Numbered from the stretch's first letter, positions 1 to 11,064 are shown. The stretch: DNA of 64,000 nucleotides from Candidatus Helarchaeota archaeon (GCA_019058315.1 JAHPZH010000003.1:779983-843982), one strand, 5' to 3'. The notes: a model not told the origin generated them from the letters alone. Translations and numbers: made by a program.

Positions 1-44
1 ATAAACGAAATATTTTTATAACCGAAGTAATTATACATATATCT

Positions 45-494
45 GTGAAAAATATGGTTTCTCAAGAAAAAATTGAACGATTTATAAATGCATTTACTGG
101 GCTTTCCAAAGTAATTACAAACATGGAGTCGTATAGTAAATATGAAGACTTATCAAAACTTGAATTATTTTGCCTAGAAGGTTGTTATGGAGAAAATGGT
201 CTTAAAATGAGTCAAATTGCAAGAAAGCTTGGAGTTTGTATGAGTACAACAACAGGACTTATTGATAGAATGGTTGAAAAAGATTTAGCTAATCGAGAAA
301 GAAATCCTGGTGACCGACGTGTTGTGAAAGTTAAATTAACTGAAAAAGGCAACAAAATAGCAGGAGAATTAAAAAAACAAAGTGAAAAGTGGGTTGAAAT
401 GCTATTAAGTTTACTTACTCTTGAAGAACAAGATAATTTTATTTTAATTCTAGAAAAATTATCTAAAATAATTAATGGAGGTAAATCAAAATAA
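45..494 (+). CDS. MarR-family transcriptional regulator
   Basis: 149 aa; wHTH pattern MSQIARKLGV..STTTGLIDRMVEKDLANRERNPGDRRVVKVKLTEKG typical of MarR. Confidence 0.9.
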   Translation: MKNMVSQEKIERFINAFTGLSKVITNMESYSKYEDLSKLELFCLEGCYGENGLKMSQIARKLGVCMSTTTGLIDRMVEKDLANRERNPGDRRVVKVKLTEKGNKIAGELKKQSEKWVEMLLSLLTLEEQDNFILILEKLSKIINGGKSK

Positions 495-604
495 ATTTCC
501 CTACTAATAATAATATACAGACCACTCCTTTTTACTCGAAAGATATTGATTCCTCAATAAATTTTGAGGGTAGGCAAAATCTAGGAGTAATAACGGATTC
601 AGAT

Positions 605-1015
605 ATGAATTTATACGATAATATTCATCATCTTTATCTATTTATGCCCAATGGAGTTTGTATTTATCATCATCCATTTAAAATTAATCCAGAGATTGAG
701 CCACAATTAGTTTCTGGAGGTTTTACTGGAATTTTTTCGCTCATTCAATTATTTACAAGTAGTCAATCAAGAATTAAAATTGTAGAACAGGAAGAGATGA
801 CAATTCTATTCGAACATGGAGAAATTGTTAGTGCAGCTTTGATAACGGAAAAGAATTTGGGTTTATATAGAAGTCAATTGAAAAAATTAATTCAAGTTAT
901 AGAAGATGATTTTAGAGAAGAATTGCAATTATTTAAAGGAAATATTACTCAATTTCGAAAGATAAGAGATTATATTGAAAAGTTTTTTGAAATTAATGGA
1001 AATATTAAATTATAA
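605..1015 (+). CDS. Longin-like domain protein (Asgard type)
   Basis: LYLF..NGVCIY...F, PQLVSGGFTGI, ILFEHG, C-terminal F...L..F.GNI..F pattern of Asgard longin-like domains. Confidence 0.65.
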   Translation: MNLYDNIHHLYLFMPNGVCIYHHPFKINPEIEPQLVSGGFTGIFSLIQLFTSSQSRIKIVEQEEMTILFEHGEIVSAALITEKNLGLYRSQLKKLIQVIEDDFREELQLFKGNITQFRKIRDYIEKFFEINGNIKL

Positions 1016-1022
1016 TATTAAA

Positions 1023-1586
1023 TTATTTTTTTTGACGGGATTTATTAAAAATAGTTACGGTAGCTAAGCTTTCCATTGCGACTGCTTTGGTATCTTCATT
1101 TATTACCTTTAGATCAATATCAATGTAATATCTATTTTTTCCTTTAATTTCCTGAAAATATTTTTTGATAATTTCAGCGGTAACCACAATTTTATCGTCA
1201 ATTTTGACTGCATCTTTAAATACTTGATTCTTTATAGAAATTAGCGCAACCCCTTCTCCAACTAATTTGGATCCAACCACTCCTGAACCAAAGCTTGCCA
1301 CAAGGATTCCATGTGCAATATTTGTTTTAAACATTTTCAGACTTTTTCCATAATCCAGATCGACATGAATTGGATTATAATCGTTTGAAATCATAGCATA
1401 TAAGAGAATAATTTTTCGAGTTACTTTAATATGAAGTGATGTTTTATCACCAACATTCAACTCATCCCAGTATGTTGGTTTTAATTTTATTTTAGGAATT
1501 TGGTTAATTAATTCATCGATATTTAATTGTTCAAGTATTGGTGGTAATTTATATTTGATATGTTCATCTCTTGGCGTATTTATCAC
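1023..1586 (-). CDS. MaoC-like (R)-enoyl-CoA hydratase / hotdog-fold dehydratase
   Basis: SNDYNPIHVD...IAHGIL hydratase-2 motif. Confidence 0.85.
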   Translation of the reverse strand: MINTPRDEHIKYKLPPILEQLNIDELINQIPKIKLKPTYWDELNVGDKTSLHIKVTRKIILLYAMISNDYNPIHVDLDYGKSLKMFKTNIAHGILVASFGSGVVGSKLVGEGVALISIKNQVFKDAVKIDDKIVVTAEIIKKYFQEIKGKNRYYIDIDLKVINEDTKAVAMESLATVTIFNKSRQKK

Positions 1587-1628
1587 CTGTATTCTTTTTT
1601 ATTTTATTCGTATGAATTTAGATGTGCT

Positions 1629-2798
1629 TTATCTTTCTATTATTATTGAGCTTCTAGTTGCATATTTTTCTAGTGCTTTTTCATCGAGTTTAACACCCCA
1701 TCCAGGACCTTCAGGGACGTCAACTGTTCCTTTAGAGGAAATAAGGGACTTTTCTATAAGGTCATCTTCATACATTTGTGGAAATATTTCGGGGGCATAT
1801 CCAAGAGAATTATATCTGGCAGTTGCTAAATGAATATGCATTGCAGATCCAATACCTAGGGGTTGGGTATGAATAACAGTACCTAATCCTCTTTGTTCGG
1901 CATAAATTATTACTCTGATGGCATTAGTAATTCCACCTGGTTTTTCAGCGTTTACTCCAACAGCTCCAACAGCTTTCAATTCGACTAATGTAATAAAGTC
2001 TTGGATTGAATAAAAGCTCTCATGAGTAAATAACGGAGTATCTACACGATTTTGTATATAAACCAAACCTAATAAGTTGTTTTTATTGATTGGTTGCTCC
2101 ACTAATTCAATTCCAAAGGGTTCGATCGCTTTAATTGAACGGACCGCTTCTAATGGGCTATATGCTTGATTATAATCGACGCGTAATCTTATATCAGGTC
2201 CTACAATATCCCTAACCTTTTCAATGATCTCTACATCTTCTTGGATTTTTCTTCCCAGTTTAATTCGAAAACTCTTATAGCCTGATTTAAGAAAACTCTT
2301 TACGAGAAATGTAGTAGTTTTTATTTCTCCAAGCCCGATTAATGCTGTTAAAGGGATTTTTTCCACACATTTTCCACCCATAAAGTCATATGCTGGACGA
2401 CCTGTAATTTGCCCCATTAAATCATAACATGCAATATCTAAAAGTGCTTTAGCTACTTCGTTTTTGGAAACATTATTATCCATTTTATACCGTATTTGTT
2501 CAATATTGAAAGGATTTTTTCCTAAAATATATTTATATAACTCACTTTGAATTGCATCTATTATTTGATTTGGTGATACACCAGTTTCAGGTAACCAAAC
2601 TAAATTTTCACTTAAACCTATATGATCATCCTTAGTTGTTAATTGACATATAATAGCTTCACCACCTTGCCATGGTTCATCCGTGGGCATGGCAAATCCT
2701 TGTTTACCTTCACTAGCATCCATTACTTCTCTTATGAGTTTTTTAAATGGAACAAAAACAGGAGTCAATTTTATACTAATTATTTCGTCATTCATCAT
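1629..2798 (-). CDS. Enolase-superfamily enzyme (muconate cycloisomerase/dipeptide epimerase subgroup)
   Basis: AKALLDIACYDLMG, RVDYNQ, EQP, PEGPGWGV; some catalytic positions are substituted. Confidence 0.8.
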   Translation of the reverse strand: MMNDEIISIKLTPVFVPFKKLIREVMDASEGKQGFAMPTDEPWQGGEAIICQLTTKDDHIGLSENLVWLPETGVSPNQIIDAIQSELYKYILGKNPFNIEQIRYKMDNNVSKNEVAKALLDIACYDLMGQITGRPAYDFMGGKCVEKIPLTALIGLGEIKTTTFLVKSFLKSGYKSFRIKLGRKIQEDVEIIEKVRDIVGPDIRLRVDYNQAYSPLEAVRSIKAIEPFGIELVEQPINKNNLLGLVYIQNRVDTPLFTHESFYSIQDFITLVELKAVGAVGVNAEKPGGITNAIRVIIYAEQRGLGTVIHTQPLGIGSAMHIHLATARYNSLGYAPEIFPQMYEDDLIEKSLISSKGTVDVPEGPGWGVKLDEKALEKYATRSSIIIER

Positions 2799-2811
2799 TA
2801 TTCCCTCATTT

Positions 2812-4518
2812 TTAATTTTTTATTAACTCTTTAGGATAAATTTTTTTACCTCTATGGTATGTTTCTAAAATTTTAATATCAGCGAGTTTGTCAACGGGAA
2901 CTGAAGTGATTATTTGATCTAAAACAACTAAATCCGCTAGTTTTCCTTTCTCTAAGCTCCCTTTTATTTTTTCCTGTCCAAGCGCATATGCAGCATTATA
3001 AGTAAACATTCTTAAAGCTTCCTTTACAGTTATTGATTGTTCAGGAACAAAACCATTTCTAGTAACGCATATTTGTATTGCTTTTATTACATTGGGAGGT
3101 TCAATTGGGGAATCGGACGCTCCAGCTAATATAACACCAGAATCGATAATAGACCTGAAAGGATAACAATAATTTATTCGATTGGACCCTAGTCGTTTTT
3201 CTAACCAAGTATATTCACTATTTATAAATAATGGTTGGCTAACTATAGTGATTCCAAGATCAGCGGCATCTTTTAAAGTTTCATTGTTAATAACAGAGGC
3301 GTGCTCTATTCTACATCTTATAGAATCTTTATTTTCATTATTAATTCCTTTTAAAATATCTCTGTAAATATCAACAATGATTTGATTGGCTCTATCACCT
3401 ATAGCGTGGCAGGCTAAATGATAATTTAACTGGTAACATTCTTTAAATAAATTAAAAATCTTTTCCTTTTCTGTTACCATATAACCAATTTCTCCTTTTT
3501 GTGAATCGGTAAAAGGTTCATACATAAATGCTGTTGATGCTCCAAGATCACCATCAGCAAATCCTTTAACTCCTCCTAAATTTATTTTGTTAGATTTGCC
3601 AACCAACTTAGATAAAGATTTTTCAAAACGATTTAATTTTTTAGCTTTTTTAGTATCTAAAAAAATTGTAAAATCTTGTTCAATCAAGTTTTTTTTAATC
3701 AAATATTTTAATAACGGTAATTCCATGCTTCCTGCTTTTCCAGAAAATCCTTGTTCCCCTTCTTGTACAAAAAAACCGCTGGATGTTATCCCAAATGAAG
3801 ATAATTCATCCGAAAATCTTTTAATTGTCTCTTTTATTATTTCAATGCTTGGTATAGGTATTTTTTCTAAAAGGTAATCTCTAGCACCTTCAGTAAAGAT
3901 TCCTGTTGGTGTTCCATCATTATCTACTTGGATTTCACCTGATGATAGAGGGATTTCCTTAACATTCGATTTATTTATACCCATATTTTTCAAGGCTATT
4001 GAATTAACGGCACAAATATGTCCGTCATATCTGAATAAAATGACTGGTCTATTAGGACATAGTGAATCTAATTTATATCTATCTGGAAAATACTGTTCAT
4101 TGATATCTGTAAATCGATTTTCCATTAAATCTAAGCCTACTATCCATTCACTATCTTTCCTAATTTTATCTTCATTTTTTAAAATTTCTTCTAATTCTGA
4201 ATAACTTTTAACATTTGATAATTGAAGTTGAGTTTTATAATAGATAGAGATTATTGGATGCATATGTGCATCAATAAAACCAGGTACAATACATGAATCT
4301 GATAAATCTACTTCTTTAATTTCAATTTGATTTTTTAATTCATCATCTAATTTTTCAATAAAATCCTTAATTACATCTCTAACATTTTTTTCGTCCCCTA
4401 CTGCTAAAATAGTCTCATTTAAAGTACACATTGCGTCAGCTTCTGTGTTACTCTTATCCATAGTCAATATTTTTCCATTATAAAATAATGTTAAATTTAC
4501 ATTTTCATTTAGTGTCAT
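2812..4518 (-). CDS. Amidohydrolase family 3 (YtcJ-like)
   Basis: PGFIDAHMH, KGFADG, HAIGDRA, RIEHAS, SDSP, GSLEKGKLAD. Confidence 0.9.
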   Translation of the reverse strand: MTLNENVNLTLFYNGKILTMDKSNTEADAMCTLNETILAVGDEKNVRDVIKDFIEKLDDELKNQIEIKEVDLSDSCIVPGFIDAHMHPIISIYYKTQLQLSNVKSYSELEEILKNEDKIRKDSEWIVGLDLMENRFTDINEQYFPDRYKLDSLCPNRPVILFRYDGHICAVNSIALKNMGINKSNVKEIPLSSGEIQVDNDGTPTGIFTEGARDYLLEKIPIPSIEIIKETIKRFSDELSSFGITSSGFFVQEGEQGFSGKAGSMELPLLKYLIKKNLIEQDFTIFLDTKKAKKLNRFEKSLSKLVGKSNKINLGGVKGFADGDLGASTAFMYEPFTDSQKGEIGYMVTEKEKIFNLFKECYQLNYHLACHAIGDRANQIIVDIYRDILKGINNENKDSIRCRIEHASVINNETLKDAADLGITIVSQPLFINSEYTWLEKRLGSNRINYCYPFRSIIDSGVILAGASDSPIEPPNVIKAIQICVTRNGFVPEQSITVKEALRMFTYNAAYALGQEKIKGSLEKGKLADLVVLDQIITSVPVDKLADIKILETYHRGKKIYPKELIKN

Positions 4519-4606
4519 TTCTAAATTATCTCCTTGTTAAACCCTGGAATTTGTCTAATATCTTTTTAATCAAAAATTATTTTTATGATTTGTTCTTAAA
4601 TTTGTT

Positions 4607-6160
4607 TTATGACACGTTTTTTTTCTTTTCTTCTTCACGTAGTGGGACTTTCATTATTTTCCCAGTCGGATTTTTAGGTAGATCATTGCGAAATTCCACA
4701 TATTTAGGAATTTTAAAGTAAGCCAGATTTTTCTTACAGTATTCTATTATCTCTTCAGCAGTTGCAGTTTCTCCTTCTTTCATAACAATAAAGGCTTTAG
4801 GTAGTTCACCATAAATTTTATCATCTACTCCGATAACTGCTGCTAATGAAACACCAGGAAAGGTATATAAAACTTCTTCGATTTCCCGAGGATATATATT
4901 CTCTCCGCCTCGAATTATCATATCCTTCTTGCGATCAATAATATAAAAGAAGCCATCTTCATCTACATAACCAACATCACCAGTATAAAGCCATCCTTCT
5001 TTCAAGGTCTTAGCATTTGCTTCGGGGTTTTTGAAGTATTCTTTCATAACGTTGTCCCCTTTGATTATAATTTCTCCCCTAGTGTTTGGAGCTACATCAT
5101 TTCCATTATCATCAACAATTTTCATTTCTGTACCAGGTAGAGGCAGACCAATACTACCTATTTTCCTTCTGTCTTCAGTTTCTGTGGGCATAGGATTAAC
5201 AGATGAAGCACAAGTACCTTCTGTGAGACCATAACCTTCAATGACTATACAATTAAAAGTTTTTTCAAATTCTTTCATGACTTCTACTGGCAATGGTGCG
5301 GCTCCGCAAATTAAAAATTCCAAAGACGATAAATCTAAATTTTCATGGGGCATTCTTAAGAGTATAGAAAGGATTGTCGGAACAGCACTAAAGGTAGATG
5401 CTTTATATTTTGCAACAATTTCCCAGTGTTGTTGTGCAGAAAATCCTGGAGTTAAAATACAACTCGCACCAATTGTAAGTGGTGTCATCAATGTCACAAC
5501 TTGGGCATTTACATGAAATAGAGGTAAAATTAACATAAATCTATAGTCTTCTCGAGGGTTAAGAGCTTCCATAATCATCTCAGCATTTCTTCTTATATTG
5601 AAGTGAGTTTGTAAGACTCCTTTAGGAAAACCTGTTGTTCCAGAAGTATAAAGGATTGCAGCTGGATCCACTTTTTCATTAATTTCAACTTTTGGTGGAG
5701 CTTTTGATGAAGCTTTATCCATCAGATCTTGATAATTTAACGTACCTTCCATCGGCTCCCCAATCAAAATTATATGATTTAAATGGGGTAATTTATCTCG
5801 AACTTCGTTCACTATCCCCATGAATTTAGGAATTGTAACTAGAATTTTTGCCTCAGAATGATTAACTACAAATTGAGTTTCACGTGATTTAAAGTGTGCA
5901 TTGACCGGACCAGCAACTGCACCTAATTTTGGAACACCTAAATAAAAATATACAAATTCGGGCATGTTAGGCAGAAATATACTTACTTTATCACCTTTTC
6001 GGATTCCTAAATTGTATAATAGATTTGCAACTTTATTTGTGATTTCATTTAATTGAGAATATGTAATTTCCATATCTTCCCAATAAATAAATACCTTATC
6101 TCCGTATTTCTTTGCTTGTTTTTCTACTAAATCACCAATTGTCATTCGAATTATCTCCAT
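4607..6160 (-). CDS. fadD: Long-chain fatty acid--CoA ligase
   Basis: YTSGTTGFPKG AMP-binding motif, GYGLTE, WLYTGD, DRKKDMIIRGGENIYP, PKNPTGKI. Confidence 0.9.
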   Translation of the reverse strand: MEIIRMTIGDLVEKQAKKYGDKVFIYWEDMEITYSQLNEITNKVANLLYNLGIRKGDKVSIFLPNMPEFVYFYLGVPKLGAVAGPVNAHFKSRETQFVVNHSEAKILVTIPKFMGIVNEVRDKLPHLNHIILIGEPMEGTLNYQDLMDKASSKAPPKVEINEKVDPAAILYTSGTTGFPKGVLQTHFNIRRNAEMIMEALNPREDYRFMLILPLFHVNAQVVTLMTPLTIGASCILTPGFSAQQHWEIVAKYKASTFSAVPTILSILLRMPHENLDLSSLEFLICGAAPLPVEVMKEFEKTFNCIVIEGYGLTEGTCASSVNPMPTETEDRRKIGSIGLPLPGTEMKIVDDNGNDVAPNTRGEIIIKGDNVMKEYFKNPEANAKTLKEGWLYTGDVGYVDEDGFFYIIDRKKDMIIRGGENIYPREIEEVLYTFPGVSLAAVIGVDDKIYGELPKAFIVMKEGETATAEEIIEYCKKNLAYFKIPKYVEFRNDLPKNPTGKIMKVPLREEEKKKNVS

Positions 6161-6235
6161 TTAGCTAAAAATAAATTATAAGAAAATTATAATAATCTTG
6201 TTTGCTGAGTTAAAAAAGTTAATTGGTGATTTTGA

Positions 6236-8560
6236 ATGGTATTAAGTTGTCTTTATAACGAAGAAGAAAATCAATTTAGAGAGCAAGTAAAGACATTTAT
6301 AAAAGCTAAAATTTTACCATATGTCGAAGAAATTGAAAGTGGTAAATATCCACGTGAATTATTAAGATTATTGGGAGAGAAAGGTTATTTAGGATTAACA
6401 CACAGTAAAGAATATGGGGGTTCGGATAAAGGATGGGTATATGAAACAATAGTTTCAGAGGAATTAGGCGCAGCAAACGGAGCGTTGGATATGGCTCGTG
6501 GAGCAACTTGTATTTTATTCGGAACTCCTGTTTCGAGTTTTGGAACTCACGAACAGAAATTAAAATATTTAAAACCTGTCTTATCTGGTGAAAAACTTGC
6601 TTGCATCGGCATAACAGAACCAGATGTTGGCTCTGATACCGCAGGAATGAAAACTAACGCATATAAAGATGGAGATTTGTGGGTCATCAACGGAGAAAAA
6701 CGTTTTATTACAAATGGTAGTGAAGCGGATTATATTTGCCTATTTGGAATTACTGATAAAAATGTATCATCCCATCATGGAATGAGTGCATTCATTTTCC
6801 CTACAGACACTCCTGGTTTTGAAGTTGTTAAAGTTTATGATTTGCTGGGTATGCATGGAACCCAAACCGCACAATTAAAATTCAATAATTGTCGTATTCC
6901 GTTGGAAAATCTTCTTGGGAAAGAAAATGCAGGTTTTCAGATTCTTATGGATGAATTAGATAAAGAACGAACATTTTATTCAGGAACACTTGCGGGAATT
7001 GCACGCTCCGCATTCGAAATAGCAACAAAATATTCAACTGAAAGAGTTCAATTTGGACAGCCGATTAGTAGATATGAGGGAGTTAGTTTCAAAATTGCAG
7101 ATATGGCAATTAAATTGGAGGCAATTCATACTTTACTTTTAAGATCTGCACGATTATGTGATCAAAACATCCCAGCGACTAAAGAGTCAGCTATTGCAAA
7201 GATTGCAGCCAGTGATTTTGGTTTCGAAATCTGTTGTGATGCTGTTCAAGTATTGGCAGGAATAGGTTATACAAAGGAATATCCTGTTGAGCGTTTTATG
7301 CGTGATATTAAGCTAGGAATGATTGGTGCAGGTACAAGTGAAATTATGAAGTTTCTAATACAAAGGGAGGTCTATAGAGAATTTAAAAAGGGGTTAGAGG
7401 GAAATAGTCAATTGTTTTATACTGAAGAAGAAAACCAACTTCGGAATGAAGTAAAAGATTTTGTAAGTAGAGAAGTTATACCGCATTTAGATGTGATTCA
7501 CAAGGGAGAATATCACCGATCTCTTATCAAAGCATTAGGCTCGAATGGCTTTTTGGGTTATACTCATCCAAAAGCATATGGAGGACAGGAGAAAGGATGG
7601 GTGCAGGAGTCTATTATTGCAGAAGAGGTATCTCGAGCAAGTGGTACTGCTAATATGATCCGCGGAGCCTCTTGTTTGCTTTTTGGAAAGCCAATTCGAT
7701 TATTTGGAACTGAAGAACAAAAGCAGAAATATCTCAAAGAAGTCATAAAAGGAGAAAAAATCGGATGTTTAGGTGTTACTGAGCCAGAAGCCGGAAGTGA
7801 TGTTTCCAGAATACAAACATATGCAACTAAGAAAGGCGATTCATATATTATTAATGGTGAAAAAAGATTTATTACAAACGGAGGTATAGCAGATTATATT
7901 TTAGTATTTGCATTATCTGATAAAAATGCCCCTCCTCGGCAAAATATGAGTTCTTATATTGTTCCCACTGACATTTCAGGGTTTAAGGTGGAAAAAGTTT
8001 ATAAGCTTCACGGAATGCAAGGAACACTTGCTTCCCATCTAAAATTCGAGGATTGTGAAATACCAATTGAGAACCGATTGGGGAATGAGAATCAAGGATT
8101 TGAAATTATGATGAACCAATTTGACACTGAGAGAATCATTTTTGCTACAACTATTCTTGGAGTAATGCAAGCTGCATTCGATATTGTAAAAGACTACTCA
8201 CTTAAACGTGTTCAATTTGGTAGACCAATTAGTCAATTTGAAGGTGTAAACTTTAAAATTGCTGATATGGCAATAAAGATCGAGGCAGCTTCAGCTTTAA
8301 TACTTAAGGCAGCGCGTCTTGTTGATAAAGGGGAAAAAATACCAATGTTATCTGCTATCACGAAAGTATTCGCAAGTGATTATGGTCTAGAAGTAGTTAA
8401 TGATGCACTCCAAGTTATGGGAGGTATTGGTTACACGAGCGAGTACCCTATGGAGAGGTTACTTCGTGATGTTCGCCTAGGAAAAATAGGAGCTGGAAGT
8501 TCAGAAGTCTTGCGCTATCTAATACAAAGAGAAATTTATAAAAAAATTAAGAAGAAATAA
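6236..8560 (+). CDS. Tandem (double-domain) acyl-CoA dehydrogenase
   Basis: Two complete ACAD units, each with TEP.xGSD, NGEKRFITNG, RVQFG.PI, G.GYT.EYP.ER and IGAG(T/S)SE. Confidence 0.92.
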   Translation: MVLSCLYNEEENQFREQVKTFIKAKILPYVEEIESGKYPRELLRLLGEKGYLGLTHSKEYGGSDKGWVYETIVSEELGAANGALDMARGATCILFGTPVSSFGTHEQKLKYLKPVLSGEKLACIGITEPDVGSDTAGMKTNAYKDGDLWVINGEKRFITNGSEADYICLFGITDKNVSSHHGMSAFIFPTDTPGFEVVKVYDLLGMHGTQTAQLKFNNCRIPLENLLGKENAGFQILMDELDKERTFYSGTLAGIARSAFEIATKYSTERVQFGQPISRYEGVSFKIADMAIKLEAIHTLLLRSARLCDQNIPATKESAIAKIAASDFGFEICCDAVQVLAGIGYTKEYPVERFMRDIKLGMIGAGTSEIMKFLIQREVYREFKKGLEGNSQLFYTEEENQLRNEVKDFVSREVIPHLDVIHKGEYHRSLIKALGSNGFLGYTHPKAYGGQEKGWVQESIIAEEVSRASGTANMIRGASCLLFGKPIRLFGTEEQKQKYLKEVIKGEKIGCLGVTEPEAGSDVSRIQTYATKKGDSYIINGEKRFITNGGIADYILVFALSDKNAPPRQNMSSYIVPTDISGFKVEKVYKLHGMQGTLASHLKFEDCEIPIENRLGNENQGFEIMMNQFDTERIIFATTILGVMQAAFDIVKDYSLKRVQFGRPISQFEGVNFKIADMAIKIEAASALILKAARLVDKGEKIPMLSAITKVFASDYGLEVVNDALQVMGGIGYTSEYPMERLLRDVRLGKIGAGSSEVLRYLIQREIYKKIKKK

Positions 8561-8564
8561 TGAA

Positions 8565-10982
8565 TTATACTTTAATTCCTGCCTGTCTAAGTAAAAATCG
8601 TAGGAGATTTGCTACTCTATTTGGTAATTCTGAAATATTTACGGGATTAATTACTAAAAAATTCTTCTCTCCGTAAATCTGTTTTTGATAATTCGTAGCG
8701 CTATCAATGCTAATACAAAGCACATGTATATGTTTTTGTCTTGCATTTTCAACAGCTTGTCGAGTTAAGTTTATTCCAATATTTCCAGCTTCATAGTATA
8801 GACTTATATTATTGTATCTACTTAAATTCTGAAGTCTTCTTTTTTGAAAACTATATGTTCCCGCTGATGGTTGTCCATCACTTAAGACTAGAAGAACCTT
8901 TAACTTTTTTTTGGTTTTAAGTAATTGTTTTGTTGAATAATTTATTGCATTATGATCCGAATTATTCGCATATGATATAATATCTGCCAATTTTGATTTA
9001 ATTTCATAATAATCTTCATCGAAATTCTTGTATGCAAAAAGAGTAAATATTTCAGGATTAATTTCACGTGGAAATGGTTCTCTGACTTGTGGAATATTCA
9101 CATTAAAAGTATGACTTCTAGGATAATTTATATCAGTCCAACCATAAACAGAAAAACTAATATCTAATGCGCTTAATACCTCGCTAAATAAGATGGCCGC
9201 AAGTCGGGCATTTTCTATTTTCGGACCATTCATACTTCCGCTTTGATCTATTAACAAAGTGATAGCTATCTGATTTCTACTATTAACCAATAAGTTTTTT
9301 TTGAAAATATGAGGATCTTGTCTAACTATTCCCCTTACAATTTGTTTAGTGTCTAATCTACCTGATTTCAATTGACTAGTTCGATCAGTGCCCAATTTAA
9401 ATAATGATTTAAATTGATTGACAGTTATATGAATTAAATTATTAATTGATTTCCTTATCCGTTCAAATCCAGCAGAGCTATAAGAATTTGGATGAATCGG
9501 CATTACAATTCCGATATCGTTAGTTTCCGTTTTAAAAACATCAATAAAATCATTGTTTGCTCTTAATCTTTTTAAAACATTATTGATTTTCCTTTCAAGT
9601 TCTTTATCCTTCAATATTTTTATGTTTCGTTTAGTTAAATCGTCAATCTTGATACGTAATGATGTTGTATCGATCAAGTTCCTTTTAAAAGGATCGAGAT
9701 CTTGTGAATTAACAATGGGAACTTCCATTTCATTTAATTTGTTAGGAGTATCTTGTTCTTCCTTTTCCATTCCACCAGATTCTCTTGAACCTAATTTGCC
9801 TGAAATATATTTCTTTGAAGAATTGGATTTACTCAAATTGGATTTTGAATGTTGTTTTTTATTTTGTTGAGTTTTTGAATTTTCATTCAAATTTTTGATA
9901 GCGTTTTCCTGAGATTCTACGTTTTTTGATGAATCTGACTCTCTTTCTTCTTGATATTTTTCATTTAATGTTTTATTATTAGAATCTGTTATATCTGACG
10001 ATTCATTTTGTTCTTTCTGATTAGTTTCTTCGTTTTTTTCATTTTTGTTAGAGCCTAATTTCTCACTAGGTATAGATTGACCTTTTTCATTCGATATTTG
10101 TTCTAGATCTTCTGTTTCAGATTGTTTTCCATAAGATCCTTTTCTTTCATTTGGTTTAGGACTTTTATCTCTCCCAGACTTTCTTTCAGAACTTTGCTTC
10201 TTCTTTTGTTCTTCTTTAGTGGATTTATTTTTTTCCTTATTTTCTATTTGATTTTCTTTCTTTTTCTCTCTCTTTTGATCTTGCTTTTTTATCTCTTCTT
10301 TTAATTCTTTTAATATTTCTTGCATTTCTTTGGGTAGAGGTGGAGGATTACACTCTTCTTTGGATTTATTTTGTGGTTTCACTTCAGGGAGAGGTGGTGT
10401 TTCCGAAGAATAATTGCCTTCTAATTCAAAAAATTCTAATAATAACGGTATGATTTTATCTGCAGCTTCGAATGATGCCCTGCAATTCTCTTGTTTTTTT
10501 GCCCAATAAATGTAAAAACTGGAAACGTAACATAGCTTTTCTAAATATTTATCTTCAATACGTTCCTTTATTCCATTAGTTAATGAGATCTCCAAAATGG
10601 CTTCAATAAATATTTGCCATTTAGGTTTTTCTTTAAAAGAGGGTCTTTTTTTAAGCCAATAACTATTTGCATAGTCAATTGCTAGTCGATTACCGTGAAA
10701 TCTTTTTTTTCCGAGTTCTTCAATTCTTCCATCTTCGATAATATTCACTACATCTTTTGATATTTTTCCAATAAAAGGGATCTTTGATTTGAATTTATTT
10801 TCGTATTTTTTTACAAACTCTTTAAGTAGATCAATATCAGATTGAAATAATATATGCCAAGCTTCGTGAATTGCACCTGCTTCAAGGAAGACCCACCTTC
10901 TGGGTAAATCTAGATCATTTGGAGGTGGAGACAAGAAAATTGTTTCTCCATCTGTACAGCAAGCAGTATTACTAAATTTCAA
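8565..10982 (-). CDS. CobT/NorD-like VWA-domain protein with N-terminal HExxH zincin-like motif; true start probably ~11075
   Basis: AIHEAWH and NIIEDGRIE at N-terminus; long charged linker; SGRLD, MIDAS DQSGSM and LSDGQP; frame stays open upstream to 11087. Confidence 0.85.
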   Translation of the reverse strand: MKFSNTACCTDGETIFLSPPPNDLDLPRRWVFLEAGAIHEAWHILFQSDIDLLKEFVKKYENKFKSKIPFIGKISKDVVNIIEDGRIEELGKKRFHGNRLAIDYANSYWLKKRPSFKEKPKWQIFIEAILEISLTNGIKERIEDKYLEKLCYVSSFYIYWAKKQENCRASFEAADKIIPLLLEFFELEGNYSSETPPLPEVKPQNKSKEECNPPPLPKEMQEILKELKEEIKKQDQKREKKKENQIENKEKNKSTKEEQKKKQSSERKSGRDKSPKPNERKGSYGKQSETEDLEQISNEKGQSIPSEKLGSNKNEKNEETNQKEQNESSDITDSNNKTLNEKYQEERESDSSKNVESQENAIKNLNENSKTQQNKKQHSKSNLSKSNSSKKYISGKLGSRESGGMEKEEQDTPNKLNEMEVPIVNSQDLDPFKRNLIDTTSLRIKIDDLTKRNIKILKDKELERKINNVLKRLRANNDFIDVFKTETNDIGIVMPIHPNSYSSAGFERIRKSINNLIHITVNQFKSLFKLGTDRTSQLKSGRLDTKQIVRGIVRQDPHIFKKNLLVNSRNQIAITLLIDQSGSMNGPKIENARLAAILFSEVLSALDISFSVYGWTDINYPRSHTFNVNIPQVREPFPREINPEIFTLFAYKNFDEDYYEIKSKLADIISYANNSDHNAINYSTKQLLKTKKKLKVLLVLSDGQPSAGTYSFQKRRLQNLSRYNNISLYYEAGNIGINLTRQAVENARQKHIHVLCISIDSATNYQKQIYGEKNFLVINPVNISELPNRVANLLRFLLRQAGIKV

Positions 10983-11064
10983 ATCAATTTTTGGATCTTG
11001 AGAACATATAGCAATAGTTTTTTTTAGTTCTATGTAAGATGCTGGTCCAATTAATGGATCTGAA

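Noticed and set aside
495-604. Small hairpins after the MarR gene (CCTCAA/TTGAGG 552-569; ACTCCT/AGGAGT)
   Set aside because: Six-bp stems are too weak to support a riboswitch or MITE call.
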